Positions 48,435-58,962 of a stretch of DNA of 64,000 nucleotides are shown piece by piece. The DNA is taken from the NCBI GenBank assembly GCA_034670305.1, contig JAXMNT010000040.1, positions 12,480-76,479 of the forward strand, written 5' to 3'. Below the pieces are notes generated by a model. The model was not told the DNA's origin and did no database searches. It was given only the letters and a program-made list of their open reading frames with translations. Position numbers and translations under genes: made by a program. Position 1 is the stretch's first letter. Each line of letters begins with the position of its first letter. This stretch comes from Deltaproteobacteria bacterium. Lineage in GTDB: Bacteria; Myxococcota_A; Polyangia; Polyangiales; Houyiibacteriaceae.

Positions 48435-50192
48435 TCAGAACGTCGCGGGTTCGGCGTCCGCGCTCGGCTCGACTGGTTCCTCTTCGTCGTCGGGCCCGCC
48501 TTCGCCTTCGCCTCCGTCGCCCGAGTCGCCGGCGTCCGGGAACATCGACGCGATGAAGAGCATCGAGAACAGCGCCATCAGCACCGCCAGCGAGAGCGAG
48601 TACTGTAGGTAGATCGCGTAGCCGAACCCGAGCAGGATCGGCACGAGCGCGATGCGCACCCAGAGGTGCCCCTTGGTGTTGAAGCTGTGCTGCGGGTTCG
48701 CGTCTGCTGAGCGGACGACGCGATCGTAGATGAGCAGGAACTGGAGTGAGCCGACACCGATGGCGGTGAAGATGAGCCACATCGACGACGGGTCGTACGC
48801 CTCCCAGAGCAGCTCCCGCAGCTGCCACGCATCGATGCCGAGGTGGTTGGTCGCGAACTCGACGACGTTGGCCCGGTCGAGACCACTGACGGTGGCTTCG
48901 GCGAGCCCTTCGTGTTCGACCAGGTACTTCTGCGCGAGGCCGACCTTGTCGCCGCCTTCTTCGTAGAGGTGACCCGCGACCACGGAACCGACCGACCAGC
49001 CGATGCCGACCGTCATGTTCACGTAGCCCATGTACAGGCCCTCTTTGCCCTTGGGCGCGATGCTCGCGAGGTAGCGCATCTTGGTCGGGCTCGCGGCCAT
49101 CTCACCGATGGAGAAGAGCGCGATGCAGCCAACGATCCACCAGCCGTTCATCGACATGCCGAGGCCGTAGATCGCGACCGCGCTGACGCCGATGCCGACC
49201 ACGATCGCGGTGAGCGATCGGAAGAAGCCGGTGAGGTAGCCAAACGCGAACGCGAGGAAGCTGATGAGCAACGCGTTCACGTTGATCATCCACTCCTGGG
49301 TCATGTTGCCGTCGTCGTTGCGCGGCACCCAGTCGCCGAGCGCGTCGGCGATCATGCGCGAGTCGACCCAGTCCTCGATGAAGTTCGGGAGGATGTCGAA
49401 CAGCTGGTAGAACATCAGCCAGAAGCCCGCGAAGGCCATCGTGAAGAAGAAGAGGCGCGGCTCGAGCAAGCCGTAGACCGCGTCTTTGAGAAGCGAGAGC
49501 ACGCCCTTCGTCTCCGACTTCTCGGGGTCCGAGAAGAAGAAGAGCGGGATGAAGTTGAGCGCGATGCCCGCGGCGCAGATCAAGAAGACGTAGTCCCAGT
49601 CGAGCACCCGCAGGTAGCCGGCGGCGAGCGGTCCGAAGAAGCCGCCGATGTTCACGCACTGGTAGAAGACGCCCCAGCCAAACGCCGCGCTCTCCTTGGG
49701 GAGCTCCTTGGCGATGAGGCCCTGCAGACCCGGCTTGAAGATCGCAGTGCCCGCCGCGAGGAACATCGCGCCGGTGAAGAACACTTCGTAGACATGGTCT
49801 ACGCCCGCGTCCCGCGCATCGGCGAGCGACATGCCGTCGAGCATCTCGGTCAGCGGTATGCAGTACCCCATCACGAGGTAGCCGATGATCTTCAGGACCG
49901 TCGCAACCGCGATGTTGATGCGGCAGCCGTAGCGGTCTGCAAACCCGCCGGTGAAGATCGGGAGGAAACTCTGCACCACCGCCCACAGGCCGTAGATCGA
50001 TCCCTTCTGCACATGGGTCAGCTCGGGGCCACCTTCGCTGACCGCGAGCACCATGTAGACCGGCAGGACGACCCGCACGCCGTAGTAGGCGAAGCGTTCG
50101 ACCAGCTCCATCCAGTTGCTGATCCAGAAGACCGCAGAGAACGACCGCAGCTGGGTCCAGAGGGGGGCTTTGGAGCGTTCGGTTTCGGCCAT
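48435..50192 (-). CDS. MFS transporter, POT/peptide-transporter-like
   Basis: ELVERFAYYG (ExxERFxYY), GGFADRYG, FYQCVNIGG and SIGEM; many TM segments. Confidence 0.88.
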   Translation of the reverse strand: MAETERSKAPLWTQLRSFSAVFWISNWMELVERFAYYGVRVVLPVYMVLAVSEGGPELTHVQKGSIYGLWAVVQSFLPIFTGGFADRYGCRINIAVATVLKIIGYLVMGYCIPLTEMLDGMSLADARDAGVDHVYEVFFTGAMFLAAGTAIFKPGLQGLIAKELPKESAAFGWGVFYQCVNIGGFFGPLAAGYLRVLDWDYVFLICAAGIALNFIPLFFFSDPEKSETKGVLSLLKDAVYGLLEPRLFFFTMAFAGFWLMFYQLFDILPNFIEDWVDSRMIADALGDWVPRNDDGNMTQEWMINVNALLISFLAFAFGYLTGFFRSLTAIVVGIGVSAVAIYGLGMSMNGWWIVGCIALFSIGEMAASPTKMRYLASIAPKGKEGLYMGYVNMTVGIGWSVGSVVAGHLYEEGGDKVGLAQKYLVEHEGLAEATVSGLDRANVVEFATNHLGIDAWQLRELLWEAYDPSSMWLIFTAIGVGSLQFLLIYDRVVRSADANPQHSFNTKGHLWVRIALVPILLGFGYAIYLQYSLSLAVLMALFSMLFIASMFPDAGDSGDGGEGEGGPDDEEEPVEPSADAEPATF

Positions 50193-50250
50193 CGCGCGGC
50201 ACCCTACCTGCAGACGTCGGCGGAGGGATCGGAGCACGTGCCACAACTCA

Positions 50251-50421
50251 CGGAGCCCTCGCTTCGTCAGGCGGCCCCCGTAGAGGATGGCGGAAGATGG
50301 GGTCGACTGGCGGAGCCCTCGCTTCGTCAGGCGGCCCCAGATTGCGCGTCCTCAAGGCGGAGCGCGACTACTGTCGGCGGAGCCGCAGAGGATGGCGGAA
50401 GATGGGGTCGACTGGCGGAGC
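50251..50421. repeat. Mosaic intergenic repeat (A-B-A-x-B), REP-like
   Basis: A = CGGAGCCCTCGCTTCGTCAGGCGGCCCC at 50251 and 50311; B = AGAGGATGGCGGAAGATGGGGTCGACTGGCGGAGC at 50282 and 50387. Confidence 0.8.
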
Positions 50422-50436
50422 GACGACGGAACGACG

Positions 50437-50462
50437 AAGGCCCCGCCGCTAAGCGAGGCCTT
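50437..50462 (-). terminator. Hairpin terminator after rplQ
   Basis: Minus-strand AAGGCCTCGC-TTAGCG-GCGGGGCCTT followed by CGTCGTT (weak U tract). Confidence 0.55.
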
Positions 50463-50489
50463 GTCAGAGTCCGAGTCGAACCTGAGGTC

Positions 50490-51014
50490 CTACTCTTCTT
50501 CAGCCTTCGGGGCCTTGGCCTTCTTGGGCGAGACCTGGGCACCAACGAGCTCGATGATCGACATCGGCGCGTTGTCGCCGTCGCGGCGGCCGATCTTGAC
50601 GATGCGGGTGTAGCCGCCGCCCTTGTTCTCGAGGGCCCTCGCGACGTAGCGGGGCGCGACGTCGTGGAAGAGCTTGTGCACCAGATCGACGTCTTCGACG
50701 GTCTCGTCGTCGAGCGTCTTCGTCATGTTGCGCGGGAGGAACTTGGCCACTTCACGCTGGGCGTGAATGCGTGCGCCAACCACGCGGGTGCGCTCACCCT
50801 CATCGGCGATCTTGCCGATGTCGACCGTGAGGTCTTCACCGAGCCGGACAGCGCGCGTGATGAGTCGTTCGACGATGCGACGAAGTTCTTTCGCCTTCGC
50901 GTCGGTGGTCCGGATCCGCTCGTGGAGGATCAGGTTGCCAGCCATGTTGCGAAACATGGCGCGGCGGTGGGGGCTGTTTCGGCCGAACTTTCGGCCCGCT
51001 TTGAGGTGTCGCAT
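50490..51014 (-). CDS. rplQ: 50S ribosomal protein L17
   Basis: [20 protein letters not shown] and GGYTRI. Confidence 0.97.
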   Translation of the reverse strand: MRHLKAGRKFGRNSPHRRAMFRNMAGNLILHERIRTTDAKAKELRRIVERLITRAVRLGEDLTVDIGKIADEGERTRVVGARIHAQREVAKFLPRNMTKTLDDETVEDVDLVHKLFHDVAPRYVARALENKGGGYTRIVKIGRRDGDNAPMSIIELVGAQVSPKKAKAPKAEEE

Positions 51015-51045
51015 CGTCTAATCCAAAGTTGTCGGTCAGCGCCGC

Positions 51046-52062
51046 CTACGCGGTGGCTTGCTGAACCTTCCAGCGCTCGACCATCGCGGTCCAGTTGTCG
51101 ATCTTCATGCCGAGGCTGAGGCCCATGTCGGCGAGGATCTCTTTGATCTCCTTGAGCGACTTCCGGCCGAAGTTCTTCGTCTTCAGCATCTCGGCTTCCG
51201 TCTTCTGGACGAGCTCGCCGATGAGGTGGATGTTCGCGTTCTGGAGGCAGTTGGCGGAGCGCACCGAGAGCTCGAGCTCTTCCACGGAGCGGAAGAGGTT
51301 CTCGTTGAGCGGCTCTTCCTCATCCTCGGTCTCGGTCGGCTCTTCTTCTTCTTCGAAGTTGATGAAGATGGTGAGCTGGTCCTTGAGGATCTTCGCTGCG
51401 AAGGCGACCGCGTCGGGCGGCTCGACCGAACCGTCGGTCCACACTTCGAGGCTGAGCTTGTCGTAGTCGGTGACCTGTCCGACACGCGCGTTGGTGACCG
51501 TGTAGTTCACCTTGCGGACCGGCGAGAAGAGCGCGTCGATCGGAATGGTTCCGATCGGCATGCCGGGCTTCTTGTTCCGCTCGGCCGGCACGTAGCCGTG
51601 TCCGACGTCGATGGTGAGCTCACAGCTGAGGCGGCCACCCTTGGCGACGGTGCAGATGATGTGATCCTTGTTGAGGATCTCCACCTGGTCGTTGACCTGG
51701 ATGTCGCCAGCGGTGACTTCGCACGGGCCTTCCATGTCGATCCGGATGATCTGAGTCTTCGCGGAGTGCGTCTTCACGACGACCTCCTTGAGGTTCAGGA
51801 TGATCTCGGTGACGTCTTCGACGACGTCCGGCACGGAGGTGAACTCGTGCAACGCGCCGTCGACCTTGATGGCCGTGATCGCCGCGCCCTGAAGCGAGGA
51901 GAGCAGGACGCGCCGAAGCGAGTTGCCGAGGGTGATGCCGAAGCCACGCTCGAGCGGCTCACACACGAACTTGCCGTACGTGGTCTGCTCATCGGTCTGC
52001 TGGACCGACTTCGGTCGAATGAGTTCACGCCAGTTACGGGCGACGAGGGTCGGGGTGCTCAT
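51046..52062 (-). CDS. rpoA: RNA polymerase alpha subunit
   Basis: [22 protein letters not shown] and [10 protein letters not shown]. Confidence 0.98.
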   Translation of the reverse strand: MSTPTLVARNWRELIRPKSVQQTDEQTTYGKFVCEPLERGFGITLGNSLRRVLLSSLQGAAITAIKVDGALHEFTSVPDVVEDVTEIILNLKEVVVKTHSAKTQIIRIDMEGPCEVTAGDIQVNDQVEILNKDHIICTVAKGGRLSCELTIDVGHGYVPAERNKKPGMPIGTIPIDALFSPVRKVNYTVTNARVGQVTDYDKLSLEVWTDGSVEPPDAVAFAAKILKDQLTIFINFEEEEEPTETEDEEEPLNENLFRSVEELELSVRSANCLQNANIHLIGELVQKTEAEMLKTKNFGRKSLKEIKEILADMGLSLGMKIDNWTAMVERWKVQQATA

Positions 52063-52096
52063 GGTGTTTCCTTGAAGTTCAGCGTGGCCAGGTGGG

Positions 52097-52501
52097 TCAG
52101 ACGCGGCGGCGCTTGGGCGGGCGGCAACCGTTGTGTGGAATCGGGGTGACGTCGCGAACGAGGGTCACTCGCATGCCGACGTTCTGGAAAGCGCGGAGGG
52201 CGGACTCGCGACCGGCGCCGGGACCCTTCACGAAGATCGCGACCGTCTTCATGCCGAGATCGAACGCGCGACGGGCGGCCTGCTCCGCGGCGAGCTGCGC
52301 CGCAAACGGCGTGCTCTTGCGGGAGCCCTTGAAACCACGGGCGCCAGCGCTGCACCACGAGACGGCGTTGCCGTTCAAGTCGGTGATCGTGACGATCGTG
52401 TTGTTGAAGGTGCTCTGGATGTGGGCAATCCCGGAAGCAGAAGCCTTTTTGGACTTCTTCTTCTTGGTCTTGCTCTTCGGAGATGCTTTCGCCTTGGCCA
52501 T
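52097..52501 (-). CDS. rpsK: 30S ribosomal protein S11
   Basis: [22 protein letters not shown] and PHNGCRP. Confidence 0.98.
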   Translation of the reverse strand: MAKAKASPKSKTKKKKSKKASASGIAHIQSTFNNTIVTITDLNGNAVSWCSAGARGFKGSRKSTPFAAQLAAEQAARRAFDLGMKTVAIFVKGPGAGRESALRAFQNVGMRVTLVRDVTPIPHNGCRPPKRRRV

Positions 52502-52872
52502 TACTTCTTCCTTCGGCTCATCGGACCACGACGCGGACCCTTGCGAGTACGTGCGTTGGTGTGTGTTCGCTGACCACGGACGGGGAGACCACGACGGTGG
52601 CGGAGGCCACGGTAGCAACCGAGGTCCATCAGACGTTTGATGTGAAGCGTGACCTCGCGTCGGAGGTCGCCCTCGACCTTGAAGTTCTGGTCGATCGCTT
52701 CACGGATCTTGCGGACCTCGACCTCGTCGAGATCATCGGCCTTCTTGCTCGGCTCGATCCCGGTCAGCTCGCAGATGCGCGCCGCCCGGTGTTCACCGAT
52801 GCCGTAGATGTACTGAAGAGCGATGACGGTGTGCTTCCGTCCAGGAATGTCGACGCCTGCGATGCGTGCCAT
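52501..52872 (-). CDS. rpsM: 30S ribosomal protein S13
   Basis: [10 protein letters not shown] and [14 protein letters not shown]. Confidence 0.98.
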   Translation of the reverse strand: MARIAGVDIPGRKHTVIALQYIYGIGEHRAARICELTGIEPSKKADDLDEVEVRKIREAIDQNFKVEGDLRREVTLHIKRLMDLGCYRGLRHRRGLPVRGQRTHTNARTRKGPRRGPMSRRKK

Positions 52873-52932
52873 GAGTTTCTCGTGCCTTCTCGTGCTCCGA
52901 AGAGCGCCTCTAACCAAACAAAGCTGTGAAAT

Positions 52933-53145
52933 CTAGATTTTCGCGGTGATGCGACCGCGTCTTGGGTCATGCGGAGAGACCCGAACTCGTACCCGTTGCC
53001 CTGGAATCAGACTGACCGTGAACCGCTTGGCTTCCATCGTCAGTCCCGCGCGTACGCGGCTTCCATCGTCGAGCCGTACAAGGAAGAGCCCTTTGGGCAG
53101 TGTTTCCTCGACGATGCCTTCCGTTTCTCGCGAAGGCTGCTCCAT
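52933..53145 (-). CDS. infA: Translation initiation factor IF-1-like protein, diverged
   Basis: Syntenic position between adk and rpsM; EGIVEETLP..F.VRLDDG and VSPHDPRRGRI. Confidence 0.7.
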   Translation of the reverse strand: MEQPSRETEGIVEETLPKGLFLVRLDDGSRVRAGLTMEAKRFTVSLIPGQRVRVRVSPHDPRRGRITAKI

Positions 53146-53146
53146 C

Positions 53147-53770
53147 TCAGGCTCCGATCGCGCCCTTGATCCTCTCCGTTACCTCATCGAGCGAACCGAC
53201 TCCGTCTACCTTCGCGAGCAATCCGCGCTTCTCGTAGTAGGGAAGGACCGGTTCGGTCTTCTTCTTGTAGCCCTCGTACCGGGTGCGAACGACCTCCTCC
53301 GTGTCGTCCTTCCGTTGAGTTACCTCCACGCCGGGGGGCGGGGGATTATAGCGGAGGTGGTATGTTTGTCCACTCGCCGGATCCACCCGACGGCCCGTGA
53401 TTCGATCGACGATGTCGTTCTCCGGCACGTCGATGAGAACCACTTTGGCCAACTTCCGGCCCAATTTCGCGAGTACCTGGTCGAGGGCCTCGGCCTGCGG
53501 CTCCGTTCGGGGGTAGCCATCGAAAATGGCGCCCTTCTGGGCATCCTCACGCTCGAGGCGCTTTTGGATGAGCTCCAGGACCAGCTCGTCCGGAACGAGC
53601 TTGCCCGCCGACATGAACGAATCGAACTTCTTGCCGAGATCGGATCCGCTCTTCCGCTCCGCCCGCATCATGTCGCCGGTGGAGATCTGGGGCACCCCGA
53701 GCAGCTCGACGAGCCGCTCCGCTTGGGTTCCCTTACCCGCGCCAGGCGGGCCGAAGAGTACGAGATCCAT
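53147..53770 (-). CDS. adk: Adenylate kinase
   Basis: GPPGAGKGTQ, STGDMMR, DGYPRT and QRKDD. Confidence 0.97.
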   Translation of the reverse strand: MDLVLFGPPGAGKGTQAERLVELLGVPQISTGDMMRAERKSGSDLGKKFDSFMSAGKLVPDELVLELIQKRLEREDAQKGAIFDGYPRTEPQAEALDQVLAKLGRKLAKVVLIDVPENDIVDRITGRRVDPASGQTYHLRYNPPPPGVEVTQRKDDTEEVVRTRYEGYKKKTEPVLPYYEKRGLLAKVDGVGSLDEVTERIKGAIGA

Positions 53771-55098
53771 CAGCCCTTGCGTCCTCGGATCTTGGGACCC
53801 TTGGAGCCGCTGAGGCCCTCGTAGTGTCGCGTGATGAGGTGGGACTCGACCTGCTGTGCGGTGTCGAGCGCGACGCCGACGACGATCATCAGCGAGGTGC
53901 CACCGAAGTAGAACGGCACGTTGAAGCGGCCCTGGAGCAAGGTCGGCACCGTGCAGACGAGGGCGACGTACATGGCGCCACCCACCGTGATGCGGGTGAG
54001 CACTCGGTCGATGTAATCGGCCGTGGTCTTGCCGGGTCGAACGCCCGGGATGAAGGCGTTCTGCTTCTTGAGGTTCTCCGCCACGTCGACCGGCTGGAAC
54101 GTGACCGCCGTGTAGAAGAAGCAGAAGAAGATGGTCATCACCGCGAACACGACCAGGTAGATCCAGCTGTTGGGACCGGTCGGTTGCAGGTGGTTGTTGA
54201 CCCAGGTCATGCCCGGCACGCCGAGTCCGGCGAGCGTCATCGGGAACATGAGGAGCGACGACGTGAAGATGGGCGGAATGACGCCGGACATGTTGACGCG
54301 GAGCGGCAGATGCGAGCGCTGCCCGCCGAACATCTTCCGGCCCACCATTCTCTTCGCGTAGGTGATCGGCAGTCGCCGCTGGGCCCGTTCGAAGAAGACG
54401 ATGATGGCGGTGACGATGCCCGCGATGGTGACGATGAGAAGCAGGTCGATCGGTTTGATCTGGCCGTTCTTCACAAGCGCCGCGGTCTGGAAGAGCGCGT
54501 CCGGGAGGTTCGCGACGATGCCCGCGAAGATGATGAGCGAGATGCCGTTGCCGATGCCGCGCTCGGTGATCTGCTCGCCGAGCCACATGAGGAACGCGGT
54601 GCCGGTGGTGAGCGCGAGCACGGTCATGAACCGGAAGGTCCAGCCCGGATCGCCGACGACGTCGGCCCCGCCGCTCTCGGCACTTCCGTTCAAGCTCTCG
54701 AGGTACATCGCGATGCCGAAGCCCTGGATGATCGAGAGGATGATCGTGCCGTAGCGCGTGTACTGGTTGATCTTCCGCTGTCCGGCTTCGCCTTCTTTGC
54801 GGAGCTCCTCGAGCGGCTTCACGACCACGCCCATCAGCGAGAGAATGATGCTCGCGGAGACGTAGGGCATGATGTTCAAGGCGAAGATGGAGAGCTGCTC
54901 CAGTGCTCCGCCGCTGAACAGGTTGAACATGCCGAGGAACGTCCCCGACTGGGACTGGACCACCTTCCGCATGACGTTCCGGTCGACACCGGGGCTCGTC
55001 ACGAAGATGCCGACCCGATAAACGGCCAGCATCCCGAGCGTGAAGAAGATCCGTCGCCTCAGCTCGGGAATCTTGGCAATGTTCGCAATGACGCTCAT
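53770..55098 (-). CDS. secY: Preprotein translocase SecY
   Basis: [33 protein letters not shown] and GGTSLMI. Confidence 0.98.
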   Translation of the reverse strand: MSVIANIAKIPELRRRIFFTLGMLAVYRVGIFVTSPGVDRNVMRKVVQSQSGTFLGMFNLFSGGALEQLSIFALNIMPYVSASIILSLMGVVVKPLEELRKEGEAGQRKINQYTRYGTIILSIIQGFGIAMYLESLNGSAESGGADVVGDPGWTFRFMTVLALTTGTAFLMWLGEQITERGIGNGISLIIFAGIVANLPDALFQTAALVKNGQIKPIDLLLIVTIAGIVTAIIVFFERAQRRLPITYAKRMVGRKMFGGQRSHLPLRVNMSGVIPPIFTSSLLMFPMTLAGLGVPGMTWVNNHLQPTGPNSWIYLVVFAVMTIFFCFFYTAVTFQPVDVAENLKKQNAFIPGVRPGKTTADYIDRVLTRITVGGAMYVALVCTVPTLLQGRFNVPFYFGGTSLMIVVGVALDTAQQVESHLITRHYEGLSGSKGPKIRGRKG

Positions 55099-55143
55099 GG
55101 AATGGGTCTCATAGGCACGCAGCACGCTGCACGCCAGGTAGCG

Positions 55144-55617
55144 TTAGGCGAGAACCTCTGCGGTGCCGCCGGCCTTTTCGATCTTTTCCTTCGCGCTCTT
55201 GCTGAACGCGTGGACCTTGACCGTCAGTGCCTTGTCGATTTCGCCGGTTCCGAGGATTTTCACCACGTCGACCTTGCGCTTGAGCAGGCCCTTCTCCTTC
55301 AAGGAGTCGAGCGTGACTTCGGCGCCCGCGTCGAACCGCGCGCTGAGCAGCTCCACGTTGAACTCGGCCACGGACTTGGAGAAGGGGTTCCGGAATCCAC
55401 GCTTGGGAAGACGACGGTAGAGGGGGGTCTGACCACCCTCGAAGCCGAGCTTGCCGAAGTCGCCGGGATGCCGGGCCTTCTGACCTTTTTGACCCTTACC
55501 GGACGTCTTGCCGATGCCGGAGCCGGGACCACGCCCCTTGCGCTTCTTCTTCTTCACCGCACCGGGCGGTGGACGAAGTCGCGAGAGGATCGGGATGTTC
55601 TGTTCTTCGTCAGCCAT
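55144..55617 (-). CDS. rplO: 50S ribosomal protein L15
   Basis: [11 protein letters not shown] and [17 protein letters not shown]. Confidence 0.97.
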   Translation of the reverse strand: MADEEQNIPILSRLRPPPGAVKKKKRKGRGPGSGIGKTSGKGQKGQKARHPGDFGKLGFEGGQTPLYRRLPKRGFRNPFSKSVAEFNVELLSARFDAGAEVTLDSLKEKGLLKRKVDVVKILGTGEIDKALTVKVHAFSKSAKEKIEKAGGTAEVLA

Positions 55618-55624
55618 GTTTTCC

Positions 55625-55810
55625 TCAGCCACTGACTTCCTCGACCTTCACGAGGTGGATGACCTTGGAGATCATGCCTCGGAACGACGGGGTGTCGTCG
55701 ACGACGACGGTCTTGTTCATGCCGCGCAGACCGAGCCCAGCGAGCACACGACGGTGCTTCGTGGGGCGTCCGATCTGACTGCGGACCTGCGTCACTTTCA
55801 ACTTGCTCAC
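55625..55810 (-). CDS. rpmD: 50S ribosomal protein L30
   Basis: [14 protein letters not shown] and GMISKV. Confidence 0.95.
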   Translation of the reverse strand: MSKLKVTQVRSQIGRPTKHRRVLAGLGLRGMNKTVVVDDTPSFRGMISKVIHLVKVEEVSG

Positions 55811-56553
55811 GACGAGCTCTCCTCGGTGGCCGGTGCGTCGGCGGCCGGTGCTTCAGCAGCCGGTGCGGCTTCTGCGGGTGCGGCGGCCGGTGCGGCTTCC
55901 GCCGGTGCGGCCGCTGCGGCGGGCGCCGCGGCCGGTGCGGCTTCCGCCGGTGCCTTCTCGGCCGGCTTGGCAGCGGGCTTCTCGCCGCGGGCCGTGTCGA
56001 CCTTGACCTTCGGGGTCGCGACGACGGGCTCTTCCTTCTTGCCGGTCACGTGCTCGGTGGTCACTCCCCGACGACGCGCGACCATGCCGGCGTCCTCGAG
56101 CTGCTTGAGTGCATCGACGGTGGCGCCGAGCACGTTGTGCGGGTTCGTGGTGCCGATGATCTTGGCGAGCACGTCTTTGACGCCAGCAGCCTCGAGCACG
56201 GCGCGCATGGCACCGCCGGCGATCACGCCGGTACCGGGCGAGGCCGGGCGGAGCATGACCTTGCCTGCGCCATGATGGCCGCGGACCTTGTGCGGAATGG
56301 TGGTGCCGACGAGCGGAACGCGGAAGAGCGTCTTCTTGGCGCCTTCGTTGCCCTTGCGGATCGCATCGGGCACTTCGTTCGCCTTGCCGAGGCCAACGCC
56401 GACGTGGCCGTTGCCATCGCCGACGACGACGAGTGCGCTGAAGCTGAACCGACGGCCGCCTTTGACGACCTTGGCGACGCGGTTGATGTAGATGACGCGC
56501 TCGGTGAGGTCTTCGAGAGACGCGGGATCGATGATCGGATCGGTATAAGCCAT
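55807..56553 (-). CDS. rpsE: 30S ribosomal protein S5 with Ala/Pro/Glu-rich C-terminal extension
   Basis: [16 protein letters not shown] and PGTGVIAGG. Confidence 0.97.
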   Translation of the reverse strand: MAYTDPIIDPASLEDLTERVIYINRVAKVVKGGRRFSFSALVVVGDGNGHVGVGLGKANEVPDAIRKGNEGAKKTLFRVPLVGTTIPHKVRGHHGAGKVMLRPASPGTGVIAGGAMRAVLEAAGVKDVLAKIIGTTNPHNVLGATVDALKQLEDAGMVARRRGVTTEHVTGKKEEPVVATPKVKVDTARGEKPAAKPAEKAPAEAAPAAAPAAAAAPAEAAPAAAPAEAAPAAEAPAADAPATEESSS

Positions 56554-56903
56554 CAGAAACTCAGTCCACCCTCACGGGCGCCTTCAGCCAACGCTTTGAC
56601 GCGGCCGTGGTAGAGGTAGCCATTGCGGTCGAAGACGACCTGTTCGATGCCCTTGCCCTTGGCAAGCTCGGCCAGCGCGCTGCCGACCAGCTTGGCCGCA
56701 TCGGTCTTCTCGCCTTCGACGGCGAAGCCCTTGGTGCGCGACGAGGTCGCCACGAGGGTCTTGCCCGTCGCGTCGTCCACGATCTGCGCGTAGATGTGTT
56801 TGGTGCTTCGGAACACCGTGAGCCGCGGACGAGCCGTGGTGCCGGTGACCTTCTTGCGGATGCGCCTCTTGCGGCGGGCGCGACCTGTGAGTCCAGTTTT
56901 CAT
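56553..56903 (-). CDS. rplR: 50S ribosomal protein L18
   Basis: RPRLTVFRS and [12 protein letters not shown]. Confidence 0.97.
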   Translation of the reverse strand: MKTGLTGRARRKRRIRKKVTGTTARPRLTVFRSTKHIYAQIVDDATGKTLVATSSRTKGFAVEGEKTDAAKLVGSALAELAKGKGIEQVVFDRNGYLYHGRVKALAEGAREGGLSF

Positions 56904-56925
56904 CGTTGGGTATCCTGTCTGAGGC

Positions 56926-57516
56926 TCACTTGCCCGACTTGCCGGCTTTCATCCGGATCTTCTCGCCCGTGTACCGAATGCCCTTGCCCTTGTAGGGCTC
57001 GGGGGGACGCTTCGAGCGGATCCGAGCAGCAACCTGCCCGACCATCTCTTTGTCCACGGAGGTCAGCTGAACGCGGGGGTACTTGGTGCCCGCTTCATCG
57101 ATGGTGTCGATCTTCACCGAGATCTCTTTGGGAATCTCGAGCTCCGGCTGGTGTGAGAGACCGACCGTGATCTTGAGCGTGGTGCCGTTCATCTCGGCCC
57201 GGTAACCCACGCCGCGGAAGTCGAGGCTGATCGTGTAGCCCTCGTGCACGCCGACGACCATGTTCTGGAGAAGCGCCCGGGTCGTGCCCTGGAACTTCAG
57301 ACCGGCGGTGCCGGAGCCTTCGACGGGACGCACGAGGATGCCCTCTTCGGCGTTCTGGATCGTGACTTCCTCACGGAAGGTGCGGCTGATCTCGCCCTTG
57401 GAACCCTTGAGCGTGACGGTCGTGCCCTCCATGGAGAAGGTCACGCCCTTGGGAAGGGGCACCGGCTTCTTGCCGTTGCGGGACTGCTTGCCCTCGAACG
57501 TTTCTGCGGTTGCCAT
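56926..57516 (-). CDS. rplF: 50S ribosomal protein L6
   Basis: GVGYRA and [10 protein letters not shown]. Confidence 0.97.
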   Translation of the reverse strand: MATAETFEGKQSRNGKKPVPLPKGVTFSMEGTTVTLKGSKGEISRTFREEVTIQNAEEGILVRPVEGSGTAGLKFQGTTRALLQNMVVGVHEGYTISLDFRGVGYRAEMNGTTLKITVGLSHQPELEIPKEISVKIDTIDEAGTKYPRVQLTSVDKEMVGQVAARIRSKRPPEPYKGKGIRYTGEKIRMKAGKSGK

Positions 57517-57899
57517 CACCACACCTCGCAGAGGACTTCGCCGCCGACACCCTTGGTGCGGGCGGAACGGTCGCTCATCACACCGTAGGAGGTGGAGAGA
57601 ATGGCGACGCCGAGGCCGTTGTGAATCGTGGGGATGTCGCTGGTGCCGACGTAGAGTCGACGGCCAGGACGGCTCGAGCGGCGAATGCCGGTGAAGGCAC
57701 AGCGACGGTCGCGGCCGTACTTGAGGAAGACGGTGAGCGTGCGCTCGCCGACTTCGTAGTCCGCCACGTAACCCTCTTGTTTGAGGATCTTCGCGATCGC
57801 GAGCTTCAGCTTCGAGAGCGGAATCTCGGCGCGGTCGAGGTGGGCCAGGGAGGCGTTGCGGAGGCGCGTGAGCATGTCCGCAATGGGGTCGGTCATCAT
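57516..57899 (-). CDS. rpsH: 30S ribosomal protein S8
   Basis: DPIADMLTRLRN, SRPGRR.Y and GGEVLC. Confidence 0.97.
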   Translation of the reverse strand: MMTDPIADMLTRLRNASLAHLDRAEIPLSKLKLAIAKILKQEGYVADYEVGERTLTVFLKYGRDRRCAFTGIRRSSRPGRRLYVGTSDIPTIHNGLGVAILSTSYGVMSDRSARTKGVGGEVLCEVW

Positions 57900-57913
57900 G
57901 GGCTTGTTCTCTT

Positions 57914-58465
57914 CTACTTGCGGAGGGGCATGCCGAGGCCCCGGAGGAGAGCGCGGCCTTCGGCATCGGTGCGCGCGGAGGTCACGAGGGTGATGTTCAT
58001 TCCCTTGATCTTGTCGACCTTGTCGTAGTCGACCTCGGGGAAGATGATCTGTTCCTTGATGCCGAGGGTGTAGTTCCCGCGGCCATCGAACGCCTTGTTG
58101 CTGACGCCCTTGAAGTCGCGGGTACGCGGCAAGGCGAAGGTGACCAGACGATCACAGAACTCCCACATCCGGTCCTGGCGCAGCGTGACCATGCAGCCGA
58201 TCGGCATGCCTTCACGGAGCTTGAATCCAGCGATGGACTTGCGGGCTTTGGTCACGACCGGCTTCTGGCCGACGATCGCGGTGAGCTCTTTGACAGCAGC
58301 TTCGATGATCTTGCCGTTCGAGACGGCTTCACCGAGGCCCATGTTGACGACGATCTTCTGAAGGACGGGGACCTGCATGGGGTTTCCGTATTGGAACTCG
58401 CCCATGAGCTGTCCGACGACCTGATCGCGGTAGAGCTTCTTCAGTCTAGGGGTGTACTCAGCCAT
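57914..58465 (-). CDS. rplE: 50S ribosomal protein L5
   Basis: KIVVNMG, FKLREG and FDGRGNY. Confidence 0.98.
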   Translation of the reverse strand: MAEYTPRLKKLYRDQVVGQLMGEFQYGNPMQVPVLQKIVVNMGLGEAVSNGKIIEAAVKELTAIVGQKPVVTKARKSIAGFKLREGMPIGCMVTLRQDRMWEFCDRLVTFALPRTRDFKGVSNKAFDGRGNYTLGIKEQIIFPEVDYDKVDKIKGMNITLVTSARTDAEGRALLRGLGMPLRK

Positions 58466-58470
58466 TTTTA

Positions 58471-58530
58471 CCTCCGGGTTGCATCCGCTCGGGTCGCCGT
58501 GGCGTGCCGAGTACGGATGGGCCGGAAAGG
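58471..58530 (-). promoter_or_regulatory. Structured mRNA leader sequestering the rplE ribosome-binding site
   Basis: Nested stems UCCGG/CCGGA, CAUCCG/CGGAUG, CUCGG/CCGAG and CGC/GCG; the outer stem overlaps GGAGG. Confidence 0.55.
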
Positions 58531-58648
58531 GAATCTGTTGGGGAAACGGGAACGGTTGGATTCAGGGAATCCGGGTGGCCGAAGCCGGGTGCGGCAGGGC
58601 CGCGGAGCCTGGCCGACAATGCCGGCCTGATCAATCGGTCGTGTGCGT

Positions 58649-58960
58649 TCAGTCGATGGCCGCGCCGCTTTTGACAGCGATGCGCACCTTCTCGTCGTCC
58701 TTGCCTCGGCCGACACGAACGCGCGTGCCCTTCTCGGTCTCGGGATCGACGAGCATGACGTTGGAGGCATGGACGGGCGCTTCGCGCTCGATGATGCCGG
58801 CTTCCGGGTACTTCTGAGGGCTCTGGTGACGCTTCATGAGCTTCACGCCCTCGACGAGCACGCGGCCGTCTTCGAGCACCTTGAGGATTCGGCCAGTCTT
58901 GCCCTTGTCCTTGCCGGTGATGACGACGACGAGGTCGTCCTTCTTGATGTGCTTCGCCAT
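58649..58960 (-). CDS. rplX: 50S ribosomal protein L24
   Basis: VITGKDKGK.G and EAPVHASNV. Confidence 0.97.
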   Translation of the reverse strand: MAKHIKKDDLVVVITGKDKGKTGRILKVLEDGRVLVEGVKLMKRHQSPQKYPEAGIIEREAPVHASNVMLVDPETEKGTRVRVGRGKDDEKVRIAVKSGAAID

Positions 58961-58962
58961 GA

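Noticed and set aside
50251-50421. Mini-CRISPR
   Set aside because: Only two copies of each unit, the intervening sequence is itself repeated, and there are no cas genes.
52873-52932. Unannotated rpmJ between infA and rpsM
   Set aside because: A 60 bp gap cannot hold a 37-codon L36, and no MKVR-like start is present.
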